A DNA stretch of 64,000 nt, from the NCBI GenBank assembly GCA_040954595.2, contig CM082587.2, forward strand, positions 1,013,400 through 1,077,399, in the 5' to 3' direction. This document shows, piece after piece, positions 13,709 through 26,400 of the stretch; position 1 is the stretch's first letter; the number at the start of each line of letters is the position of its first letter. The notes under the pieces are model-generated. The model saw only the letters and a list, made by a program, of their open reading frames with translations. It had not been told where the DNA came from and made no database searches. The DNA is from Balanoglossus misakiensis. Lineage: Eukaryota; Animalia; Hemichordata. Both the position numbers and the translations under genes were made by a program.

Positions 13709-14616
13709 TTCAAGCAACGCAAAACATCAATTTGTCTACAGGGGGCGCTATTCAAACCCCAACAGATCTGAGAATCCAACCTCGTCATGATTTTTGATAT
13801 TTTGGTTGCTAGGCTATATGCAAATTGAAGTGCTTCCCAATTGGGATAAAATATTGTTTTCAATTTTCTTCGTTTATGGTTTCAACCACATACCCTGGTT
13901 ATCCAGGGTCCATGGTAAATTTGTGTAATGACACAACTGCATGAGGCGAAAATAAATTACAACTGAAAGAGCCATGACCTTACTTTTACCTTAAATTTAT
14001 GGGTTGGGATAAATAAGTTAAAATTTGCAGTGTTGCCATGTCCACGAATTTTCACTTTTTGTCGCTCATACCCAACGCCGATGGCACGTCTTATTTGCGG
14101 TCACAAACTGCAGCCCATGAGATCTGCGTCACAAACTTTTCTCCGGTAATGTGATACACCTGAAACGGTTTGCACTTTCCAGATTGCTTTTTTAATGGCA
14201 GAGGATTTTTACGAAGATTCGTTTAAGTTATTTTGTACCATCCTTTTTCCAGTCACTTACAAAATGCTTTGCTCTGTTTATTCAGCATCCATACGTTGTC
14301 TTGTTGCAAAACAAAGGATGTTGATCAATGTGGTCCTTAAAATGAATGTATGTTTAACCTAAAAAACAGAAGGCAAAAGCTGTTATGATAAAAATAAACC
14401 ATTGTATCATGATATTCATAGTCTGCAGTTTATAATCTAGATTTATACGTCATTAATTATGCATGCTGTGCCAGTGTACAGTTGCACTTTGTGAAAACGA
14501 TTCGGGGTCAATAGTGTATTAATGAGCAAAGGCTGATAGCCTACACTTGAATAACGTGTAAGATATACTTGTCCGTAGTGTGTACAGCGAATGGATATTG
14601 GAGTTTACAAGTGGCA

Positions 14617-15128
14617 TGTTGGAGACATTTTGTTTATTTTTGTGCGTGTTTGAATTGTCCACTGCCCCTAATGAGATTTCAAAATAGACTGATTTCTCTT
14701 ATATGCGTGTAACGTGTATGTTGGAGACATTTTGTTTATTTTTGTGCGTGTTTTAATTGTCCACTGCCCCTAATGAGATTTCAAAATAGACTGATTTCTC
14801 TTATATGCGTGTAACGTGTATGTTGGAGACATTTTGTTTATTTTTGTGCGTGTTTTAATTGTCCACTGCCCCTAATGAGATTTCAAAATAGACTGATTTC
14901 TCTTATATGCGTGTAACGTGTATGTTGGAGACATTTTGTTTATTTTTGTGCGTGTTTGAATTGTCCACTGCCCCTAATGAGATTTCAAAATAGACTGATT
15001 TCTCTTATATGCGTGTAACGTGTATGTTGGAGACATTTTGTTTATTTTTGTGCGTGTTTGAATTGTCCACTGCCCCTAATGAGATTTCAAAATAGACTGA
15101 TTTCTCTTATATGCGTGTAACGTGTATG
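14617..15128. repeat. 102-bp minisatellite, 5 near-identical copies
   Basis: Unit tgttggagacattttgtttatttttgtgcgtgttt(g/t)aattgtccactgcccctaatgagatttcaaaatagactgatttctcttatatgcgtgtaacgtgta starts at 14617, 14719, 14821, 14923 and 15025. Confidence 0.97.
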
Positions 15129-15525
15129 CAACTATCTTTTACTCGTTCTCCCAGCCTGAGAGGTCACTCGCAACTATTGTGTTTTGTAGCGCCAATATGT
15201 GATGCTTATCAAAGCCAAATATAGAATTCCATGTGCCGGCCCCAAAAAGCAACCATCCATCAATTTATTTGCAGGTAGTTCATGCAGAGTTTGAGGCCAG
15301 TTATAATTAAAACGGTATGTTCGTGCGAAAGTGTATACAATGTACTTGCAAAGTCAAAAGGCTACTTTCAACCACTGACCTCAACGTTGCAGAAAAAAAC
15401 TGTACTGATTCAGAGGTTTGGTGTCCGAAAATTTATTAAAACATAATTATATATCGTAAACCAGAATGAAAACAATAGATATCGCAATTTATGGTACTTG
15501 TCACTGATATTGTGCAAGTCGATCA

Positions 15526-15986
15526 TTATTTCTCCAAAGCCCGTGTCTTGGGCAGATACGTGGACAGTGCCAAATAAAATAGGTTGTCAGTCCACCAAGA
15601 AGGAAGAAACCGGAAAATATAGCAAGGCAAAACTGTATTGAAGAACTCTCCCACGAGGTAGCGGTGTTTTGGGTGTTTCGCTAAAATCGCTTCTGTCATA
15701 GCGAGAATCACCGGAGTTGAGTCGGCGCTGGTCTTTTCGCGATACTGCAGCAGAAGTTCGACTTGTCCGTCGAAGTAGGCTCTGCCGTAGTGTCGTTTCG
15801 AGGTTTCGCTCATTCCGTTCCATACATCTTTGGCGATTTGTTTGACGACATCTTCTGTCCCAAATGCTATGCCGGTTGCTCTTGCGTACCATCCTGGCTG
15901 GATCAGGCAAACCTAAAATGGTTATAAAAAACCGTCACCATCATCATCATCACCACCATCGTCATCATCATCATCGTCATCACCAC

Positions 15987-16078
<92 letters not shown>

Positions 16079-17998
16079 CAACTAATAACCTACCTTGACA
16101 CCCCACTTGAACATCTCATACCTCAAAGTATCGTTAAAGCATTCTATGGCATATTTCGACATACAATACGTGGCACCAGCGGGTACTGTGAACAGTCCAC
16201 TCATACTGCCGATGTTGACTACGCGACCTGTGAAAAGAACCCGGGTAGAAGTTTTTACTAATGGTTGTCTTTCGACACCTTCCAAGGGACGATTTAACGC
16301 TCATCGCGAGATCTCGCGATACTTAATTATCGTAGCAACGGGTAGCTAGCCAAGGAATGAAAATCAAACTAGAATTTCAGAGCTCAGTCACATCAGACTC
16401 AATTAGTATAGTTGATTTATTTCGATATCTTGTTGGTATAAATATAATGATCTCATTAACAGTTATGCGGGTTCACAAATTATGTTGGTTAAATCACATT
16501 ATTTGGTCTTAGCTTGTCCCGAGCCTGTTCAGCCCGTATCTTCATGCCCCCGTGGGTTAAATCACACAACCTTGCGGGACTGCATCACTGGTGCTGAGAA
16601 TAACTGATGACATAAAATATAACGGTACCTTTAGCTTGTCTGATCAGTGGTAGAAATACCTTTGTGACTCTAACCATACCGAACACGTTGACTTCAGCAA
16701 CTTGTTTGAAGATGGCCAGACTTGCCCATTCGATCTCACCCCATCTCCAGATCCCAGCGTTGTTCACGATGGCCCACAAGCCTGTAATACAAAATAGCAT
16801 TGGTGTTATCACCAATGAAAATTTGGGCTGTTTTTTACCGCAATACCATCGCAATTAAAGAAGGCCCTATACAATATATCATGGTTCTCGTAACCCGCGT
16901 GTTCGTGCACGTGAGCTCATGTCATGCCAAAAATTTCTCCGTCCGTCCGTAAGTCGGTAAGGAAAGAAAGTCAATCAGTAAGGTTGTACATGTATTTACT
17001 TACCTTTTGATTTGTCTGGTAAGTTATCCTCAACAACTTTTTGAGCTGCTAAGACGGAATCGTCAGATGTCACATCTATAGGGACAATCTTGAGAGATTT
17101 CGAACAGTTCGCTTTCAGCTTTTGGGCACCTTCTCCTTCTAAAATGTATAACAGGTAGACGTGGTTTAAAAAAAATAAGTACACTGCGTACGTGTGAAAC
17201 CACCATATAGATTTGACCTTTTGAACTTGTTTGGTGCCAAAGTGGTGCAAGGTCCACACCCAAGCCTCTATTTTCACGAGGCAAAGAGACTTGAACTGCT
17301 AAATGCAATATTCAAGTCTCCTTTGCTAGGTCGTGTATCTTAGATTAGGTCATTTACGTCCGTGGCCGTGACCAACTGTACGCCTATTGCATAGATGCAC
17401 TAATGGTCACTTATAATTTACTAGCGCCACCAGCGCGCTTTAACAAATGGTGCTGGAATAACTGCGACCTTGGAATTGTGTTATTGCATGATTGAACAAT
17501 TGATTTAAACAACGACATGCAATATGCTTTGCCTTGGTCATGGGCTGCAAGCCAGGTTCTGCAGCATCGTCCCACAAACATCGCTGATCAACAATGTACG
17601 CACATGTTTGCCGATTTGCAAAACTACGACTTGCAGTTGCCTTGCCCAGTCTACGGACGCGGACTTTGCAATAAACAAACACTGGAAATCGACTTACCGT
17701 CGAGTAAACAACCAGCGAACACGATAAAACCAAGACGATCTAGCTGACGGGCAAGCTGATGACCGAATCCCGTGTCACACCCGGTGATGAAAACACACTT
17801 GCGGTCAACAGAGAGCATTGCTACCGGTAAAAATTTCAGAGTAGCCGCGCACGTCATCATCAGGAGGATAGTTAGAAATATTTTGTTTCTAGTGCTGAGC
17901 GTGCAACCGACAACTGGCGTGGATAATTCTTCGGTACACAGCATCGCGATAGCTAGCATCGCAAACGATAAGACAACAAGCAAACGTTTCGTCTCCAT
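15526..17998 (-). CDS. Short-chain dehydrogenase/reductase, BDH1/RDH/17beta-HSD (SDR9C)-like; exons 17998-17698, 17138-17004, 16781-16629, 16227-16094, 15912-15526
   Basis: N-terminal hydrophobic segments, TGCDTGFG cofactor motif, [17 protein letters not shown], catalytic YCMSK, WGVKVCLIQPG and PKHRYLVG; all four introns are GT-AG and phase compatible. Confidence 0.92.
15936..16078. repeat. (CAT)n microsatellite filling most of SDR intron 4
   Basis: About 140 bp of CAT/CAC triplets inside the 181-bp intron 15913-16093. Confidence 0.97.
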
Positions 17999-18815
17999 AT
18001 TATATGGCTGCAGTTGAAGATGCAGTGGTTGCGTCCTCAATTAGGTAGGGCACCCGTGTATATACCTGGACGCGCCAGCGCCAGTGCAGTTATAAGTGCG
18101 CGGAGACGTGTCGGCGTGCTACCAACACTGCGACTGTGACTACCAATATAGGAGCATACCCGATATATTGCTCTACAGTCTAGCTCCGACCTGTAGTGAA
18201 CTGTGACTATGATCGCGTTCGACTATACCATGTTTAAAAGTAGGTCAAAAGTCAAAGGTCAACGACCTGTGTGCGACTGGGACATCGACCTTTAAAATAA
18301 TGAATTTTATTTATTTTTACAATGCAAAATCCAAATCAAAATCCAGTGCCGGTTGAAATCGCGAAGTAGTCTAATATGTAGATAGAAATTAACACAACTA
18401 CTGTGCGTTTCCTAGTAGAACATCATACAATAGGCACAGGGACCACGGATTCGTGAGAATGGTGACATTAAACTTGTAAGTCAACTGCAAGAAAACAAAA
18501 TGTCCATAACATCGATTCCATTGCTATATTAGGTTAAACATAACAGGTAATTGATTAGGCGTTATAAAGGTTGTGTATCCAATCCAATCCAATAGACCAT
18601 TTCCGAACTCCACGAGACCTTGCGAGATCTCGCGTGGGAGGACACCTCATATGACACACGCCCCCCAACAGTTTTAAACTTTAAGTTACAATATTTGTTA
18701 AACTCTGCACCTATTCTAGTTTCATGCAAGTCTTGCGAGATCATGAGAGGAAAATCATCTACTTTCTATTCTAGGTCTCGGTTTTTACTGAGATGTGGTG
18801 ATATTTTCATGAAAC

Positions 18816-20792
18816 TTAAGTTTGCATGATTTTCATGATAATACCAAGCAGCACTACTCCCAATGTTATGATTGAATTGTGGGCAGATAATGCTGCTGTG
18901 TCAACCGGTGGCACTTCTTGTGGAAAGTACATCACTCCTTTGACAGCATAGTGATCGGAAAGGTCGCGAATGACATCACTGGTGTTGCAGTCACCTGTGT
19001 CCGGATAGGCGTGTCTGGGATACGGGCTTCGTTTACAGATTTTGAAAGGATCGTCGCGCAGGCGCAAAATTTCAATTGTGGAGGTGTCGGGATCTGGAAG
19101 TAAATGATCTTTGCTGTAGGCTACATAGTCAAGCCAGCTAACAGTTGTGCCGTTACTGAAGCGCAGATCATTGCTGATTCGATCGAAAGTGTAGTTGTAC
19201 ATGCCGACCAGACTTGGTTGCAATGCGTTCATTGCGTTCAAAACGTCCATCGAGTTTTGAGGATTCTGGATGGCATCAGCGTTGAAGTCACCCGCGAATA
19301 TAACTGGCTCATTCTGGGGGATATTGTACCCCTTCATGAAGTCAGATATTTCGGTCGCCTGCGCTACACGAATCACATCATACTCTTCCCCCAGAAAAGA
19401 CAGCATATGTGTGCCAAAGATGTGATATGGGCGTTTCTCTCCATTTTGTCCCTTTTCTATCTTCGCGTACATCACCCCTTTGCACTGAAAAGTTCCGCCG
19501 ATGATGTCGGGATAGTTTTCAAAAATCTTCTCACTCTCATCCAAGATAGGCCATCGGGATGCAATCACAACCCCGCCGTTCTCAACTTCTGGCAGCTGCT
19601 TAGACAGGCAACCATTTTCACCGACAGTTGCTGTAAAATGGAAACCATGGTAACTGAGCAAATCGCGGAGATCGAGTTTCCCCGAGTCTCCGAAACAGCC
19701 ACCCATGAAAAGTTCGTTGAATACGATGACGTCGATATCGGTGACGGTTTCAAGGATGCGGAAGAGCACGCGACATGTGCGTTCGCGTTGGCCGTCTTGC
19801 CAGATCGTGTACCGCAGATCGTAGATGTTGTACGTGATCATGGTCAAGATGTTGTTGGCTGTAGGGTCTGCCAATGTAACCGCTGGTTCCACTTGACATA
19901 GAACTTTCGTACCGCTAGAACAAATCTCGTCCCCGAACGATGCGTTGCAAACGTGCTCCATTCCAAATAAATCGCAATGACTTTCCTCTGCTTCACAACC
20001 AGGGACATCGTCTGCCAAGAGATGCAACAAAATGTGGTGAATGAATTCTGTGCATATGCCAAAGTTTGTTGAAACGTCCCTGCAATAATTCAGTTTATAA
20101 GAACGTAGGCCTAAATCAAAGTGTGGCAGTAACTCTGTCAAGTACACAACTTTTGTTCACCCTGACTTGCACAAAGGGCTAGGTTGGTTGCAAAAACATG
20201 CGGGGTAATAAATAAAATGCATGCATGGATAAGCTTGCGAATACGTGAGTAAACAACAATCAACATTGTTAGCTTCAAAAGAAGTGCCTATAGTACCTGC
20301 AAAATGAGCTGAGGCGGCCATTTTTTCCGGGTTCGCTCACACCTAATTTTCTGAGTGGTGTAGCGACCTAAAAATGGTTCTGAGTAGGCCTATCCCGAAA
20401 AGTGGTTTGTCCATCAGCCCACCATATTTAAGTATAAACCCGGTTTCTGGTTTGTGCCGACCCAGAAGAATGACTCGATAACACTTCGAGGTGTTTAAGT
20501 TGTTAGATGACCTTAAAGTTATGTCAACTTGGAACAAAAGCATAAACTCACACATACAAACTTACCTATCCAAACATGAGGTCGATCCACCATAGATTCA
20601 TTACATTCCGCTTTGGCTAGAAGTTGAGGAAAATTGAATAAATTAGAATAACTGTGGGTGATAAGATTTTCAAAATTTAAAACGTGATACTTAATACACA
20701 TGTAGGCTTAATTGTAAAACAATTATAATCCGCCCTTTACCTGATGACCAAATAACGCCCAGGAGGAGAACTGTGGCCGTGAACTTCAACAT
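18816..20792 (-). CDS. Secreted sphingomyelinase C-like EEP phosphodiesterase with C-terminal hydrophobic (GPI-type) tail; exons 20792-20741 and 20011-18816
   Basis: Signal peptide exon MLKFTATVLLLGVIWSS (donor TCAG|gtaaag) joins in phase 1 to acceptor catctcttggcag|ACGAT. EEP/SMase motifs TYNIY, DVIVFNELF, NGGVVIASRWPI, KGVMYAKI, GTH, AGDFNAD, LDYV, LSDHYAV; ends AALSAHNSIITLGVVLLGIIMKIMQT. Confidence 0.85.
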
Positions 20793-23408
20793 TTTTGGAG
20801 TAGATTGTATTACGCACGATATACAATCACAGTGAGCATAAAATGTTCCTTCGAAACTAATGCTTTGTTGACCTCTTGATCGAAACTTTTAACAATGCAT
20901 GTACATGTAGCAGGTCACGTGCTAATCGCTGGAGGACCTTGTTTAGTCCGGTTGCATGTGCAAAATTGTTCGTTTCATTGCAATCATTTTGGTCAATACA
21001 GTTCGTTTACATATCTAAGAAATGAAGTATACATTTACTCATCAATGTTTTAGTGAATGTAAAGGATTCATTCCATTTCTTGATATGCTTCCCAACAGTA
21101 TTCCCCTAATTCGTTTGCTGCATATATTTCTGGCCCTACCAACAGCGCCCTCGTACGGTATTTAAACCCAAGATCTTTCGTTTTCACACATCTCGTTTTA
21201 TGCATAAATTATGCAATTTAGCCATTTACCACAATATATATGAGTGAAAAGAAAAAACAAGAAGCCAGAAGACAATAATATTGATATCTGTTAACACTCC
21301 TTTTATTCACACTTTTTATTTTTACAACACACAGATTCATTTTGTTATCATAATAATTACAGAATTAACTTTCCCCTGTCATTGGATAATCGTCTTGTTA
21401 ATGTTGAAAGAAAATCACAAGGCACTCTGTACACAACTCTTGTTAAATATTTCAAAAAAGGCACATGAAATTTTTGTTAGGCACACAAGGTAAAAAGTAA
21501 TGGTAGCAATAAGTCCCTTTCCACGGCATATGAAAGTATAAAATCTAACAAAATGCTAATCTAAGGATGCTCACACAGTAAGATAAAAAAAACTCTGAAT
21601 GGGAACACCTGCATAAATTAATGACAATTTTAACCAAATGCACTGCAAAGTTCTAAATTGTATTTGATAGTAAATTATAACAGCGAAAGTAAAAATAAAA
21701 GGAATACTATAATTATTGAAACTGACAGCACATCTTTAGCATTTGCTCATTATTCTTATTAAAATTAATGCTTTCATTGATTCTTCAGTTCTGAACAAAC
21801 AATTTCGGCCTTCTGACATGGCATTGACAGAAAGTTGACAAAATATGTCTGCCTTACAGTTATTGAAACAACACTATGTACTTCACTCATAGACTCAAGA
21901 ATGTCTACATGATTATGACCTAAATACATAGTGTTAATTTGTGAAAGGTAGAAATGCACTCATGTATGTAACGTGATAGTTTCCTGCAAGTAGCACAATG
22001 AAAAGTGAGTCATGATTCCACATCAGAAGATGTGGAGTGCCCCATCTGTACAGGCGCCCTCTGGAGGCACAAAAGAGCCGAGTGTTCTCATCTCAAACAC
22101 CACTGTGGGGATTACATAACTGTGCGATACAGCTGCTTTGAAAGTGAATATTAAAACTATATATATCACACAAACACACTCATTTATAGTTAATTTTGAG
22201 GGTGGTTGTTAAAAGCTGGATGATGCTAATATAGCACATGTTTAAAAATCCTTAAAATTAATTGACGTAGTTCTTTTGAAAGACTATTGGTACTGTGCCA
22301 ATGTACACACTAAAACCACTATGGAGAAATAAGATGCACACATAAACACATAATATACAGTAATACAGCCCTGGCTCGCCAATTTCACTTAAAACAATGA
22401 ATTTTCACAAAAGACAGCCAACATCACTCCAAACAGAAAAATAAGCCTCCCAATTTGCCAAAATGATCCGTTTTCCCCCAAATGTCAATATTTATCTTCA
22501 CAGAAAAACAGAAAAACTACACACAGGAAAATAGTTAAAATCTGTAAACATCTACCAAAGCACTTTCTTCATAGCAGTCAATGTGATGAGGACCATCTGT
22601 AATACACATATCATGTACATGAGGGCGATGTCAACAGCTGTAATAATAGCACAGGCCGCTGCAATGTTGAAGTGGTGTTAGAGCGCCACCAGTGCTGGCT
22701 GTTTGAAGGTATTCTGGAAGTTTTTAAGCTGTCTGACTGATCAAAGTTATCCAGAAAATAATTTGAACAACTGGGTAAGACATACCGATTGGGAAGAGAC
22801 CAAAATGTGGATAAATGTCTTTGGTATTTAAGTTAAAATGATTAGTTGCAGCAAACAGTTCTCATATCTGTTGCTTGTCAAAAACATCAGTGAAGAATAT
22901 TACTTGCATAGGTAGAAAATCCACATTAAATTGTTCTGGAATGGAAAGTTTTTGGACATCGCAAACACAGGAAGACTCTCCTCCATGTGACAACTCAGGC
23001 AGTTATAGACCTCTCTTATAAATACCATGATGATAAATATGTATATTGACTTCTATAAACCTCATCCTATCTCCATTGACCTCATAGGTGTTATCGACTT
23101 CTAGGTTGTTATGTATCTATAGCTACTCAGCACCATCACATAGTTCATTATTGACTTGAAATGCTGAAATGCGTGTATATTGACCCCCAGCAGGGTAACA
23201 TCCACATTTTAAAACCCCTGGGCTGAAACTCCTGCTAACGTCTATTGTTTTTAACGTCTATTCACTATGAAAATCTGTGCCTCTCAGTTTGAAAGCTCCA
23301 TTTTGAGAAATCAATCTTCACAGATCTCTCTCTCTCTCTCTGAATCCAAATTAAGAAAATGACTGAGGCATTCTACGAAGCAACGTTTCTCTCAGACATT
23401 TTGAAATC

Positions 23409-26400
23409 CTATGCGGACAGGTCTGTATATCGTTCTGCTAGTTGGCCCTCCAATGCTGTACTTTTTGTGGTGAACATGACGTTATTCCAGGCCACGATTG
23501 CTCCTCCTTCTCCTTCCAATTGGACGTCAGTTGTCTGAAAAGGTGGACCATCTAGCTCTTCCTGTAAGCGAGAGAGGCAAAGAGAGAAAGCCATCAAAAT
23601 TACTAAAGTTAACTCAATTCTTATGAGACTGTTTCACATTGCCTCATCTTATTTTGAAATCAATCAAAAAATCCTATACACATGTTTGTAATATTACATT
23701 TGAATATCAGAAGAAAGATAGACTAACCTGAAGTATTCTGATCATTTCCAATGTAACAGCTAGCAGGTATTGAGCCTGGGATGTCTTGATATGTAGCTGA
23801 GTGGAATTATTGTTGGACACAGAATACAATTCATACATTATATACATGTTATCTTCTGCCCTCGTCCAGCTTTTGGGGGGAAAGAGAGAAAGAGAAAAAG
23901 CAAATGATCATTGCTGATGCTAAAGGGCATGTCAGAAACTCTGTAGTTGGAACAGCAAGTTGCAAGTTATTGTTCTAATAATTTCCTTCATATTTCTTCA
24001 CTTTAAAAGGGACAAAATTATCCTCTTTTTGTCTCATGGAAGAAATTGTTAATGTTGTTCTACTTGCTGAAACACACTGATTATTGGTTATTACAGCCCC
24101 TTATCACACTATGGATGTGAAATAATCCAATGACAGGATTTCTGGTACGCAGCCCCATAAAACACCACCACAAAGTCTGATCACAGTGTCTGGTGTAAAA
24201 TATTGCACAGTGGACCACAGTCACACTCCACCACATGTTGTGGAGGAAATTTGATTGGATTAGTTGTGCCTCGTGTCATGATATCAGCCATGACCTTATG
24301 GTTTGCATCAATTGTAAAGGCCCTTGCTAACGAACAATCTTTGATAAGTTGATCTTTGATGAGAAGTGATTATCACAATGAACCCTGGCAATTCTGACCC
24401 AGTGAAGGACACACTGTGTATCAAGCTCTGTTTATCTGAATAACTGAATTGAAGTTAAATCTTGTCCATTATGAATTTTCACATTACACATATGCAGGTT
24501 GTGTTGGCAAGCCGCATTACAGCATAATGTTGTTTGATTAATTTTTCTGCTTCAGAACTGTCTACATGTACTTGCAAGTGTAACTTAGCATTCTGCATTC
24601 AACACAATCAAACAAATTTTAAATTGAACAAGTTATCAGAATTTCCACAGCTCGTTTTCTCTTTAACCCTTTCACCCCCAGTTCCGCGTTTAGAGGTCCA
24701 ACCTTACCGTAGAAAACAAGGGGGTTCAGACTGAACCATGGTGGTGAAAGGGTTAAGAAGCCACTGCATACAACTGACGGTTTGGAAAAGCTTGATGAGA
24801 GATTACAAGCATGGTATCAAGGGATTAGGCCAATTGCAGTGTTAAAAGCTCCTCAGCAAAGACAAGACAAGATGGCGGCTAGTTTGGATGAGCACAGCAC
24901 CACACTCAGTGGAGAAATGGAAACCAAACAGACATACCTACAGTTAGAATCCCCGGCCCCACATTTGCCTGCATATATACTGAGGACAACAGAAATTACA
25001 ACATTACATGCTTTGTAATGTTACAGCTCCACATCAATTTCCACCCAACAGTCTTGTGGTTTACAATGGTGGATTAATCCATTTTTCAGAAAAATGGGGT
25101 GAAAAGGAGTCAATGAGTCATGTCTGACGTTGACAATAAATCACCAAACCCTACACAATTGATCAGGCTACTTTTATTCAGGAATTTCAAACACTATTAT
25201 TATCATGCATTACCTTTTGACTTTCCGCCATGATACAAAGCAGGTTTTATTTGGAAGTTCAACTCGAAGCCCTCTCCGCGTCACTGCAACTGTTGCTTTT
25301 GTTCCTTCTGGTATCTGTGAAAAAAAATCCAAGAACAGCAAAGTTCAGAACTTTCCAAGTTCATTTCTCTGATAATGTTCACTGAAATTTCAAACTTTAT
25401 TTGGCATTGGAACTGGACATAAACTTCTAATTACTATTCCAACTTACCGATACATATTTAGCTCTGAAGTCTCGATGTATTGTACAGTTTCTAACGATGG
25501 CTGAAGTGTAATCTTCTAAACTTTGACACAAATGAATATATTGCAGTGGTACAGGGAACTGAGGGTCACAGTTTTCTGTTTGAAACACAGAAGAAATAAA
25601 ATGTTACTTTATTCCATACTTTTAATTACTTTTATATGCATGATGTACACCCAGGGTTAATATCCTCAATTTCATTCAACATTCCAGAACTTTCCAGCAG
25701 TTTGTGCAGTGGTTTTCCAGAATTGGTCACATAGTGTTTCGTCAAAAATTGCTCATGAAGTGTGAGCTTACCGTCCAATTTTGCCTTTTGTTCTTCTGTT
25801 GGTTTCAATTTGTCTGTAATAGAACATAAAGGATGTGAAACTGTTTCTGCAAATCCAGCCAATAAAATACCGACTCTCTGTTCTGTCAAAGTGTGCCCTC
25901 TGTGGCCAGCTGAGATCAAGATCATGATGTCTCTAATTGTTCTGATGCAGCACTAATGCTACCAGCTGGCTGACAGAAAGAATAAATGCTTACCATTTTT
26001 AATATCTGCCTTGGCTTGTGTAAACAATAATTTCAATGCAGCCTCATCATTTTTTGTCAGTAATTTCTTCTCTGCCTGGATGTCAAAGCACCATTTTTGT
26101 ATACTTAGATCTGAAAAAAAAATCAGAAATACATGTAGCTATGTGGTTGACCTTTTACCCATAATGCAATTCAACAAAGCATGAAGTTAACAAGGAGACT
26201 AAATCACAAAAGAGATTGTAATAAAAAGAGTCTCAGCCTTCTTTCATAAAAACGAACCTAAAAATAGATTTTAATTTCCTGATATAGGGTGCTTACACCC
26301 GCGTAGACAATCACAGCAGTGCAATTTTCAAAGCAACAGCTTCATGTAAAAGATACCCTGGATGACATTGTAACAGAGTGGAATGAGAAGCAGATCTATA

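Noticed and set aside
15864-16106. Poly-His and poly-Met ORFs
   Set aside because: Translations of the intronic CAT microsatellite; same for the ORF at 2003-2194
19104-19901. 265-aa plus-strand ORF
   Set aside because: Antisense shadow of the sphingomyelinase exon, no recognisable motifs; same for 10588-11130 and the short ORFs opposite AJM1 and CCDC18
20012-20147. N-terminus of the 443-aa ORF (MYLTELLPH...)
   Set aside because: Non-ATG start in probable intron sequence; a strong acceptor at 20012 links in phase to a signal-peptide exon. An alternative route through a weak exon at 20342-20297 is possible but less parsimonious
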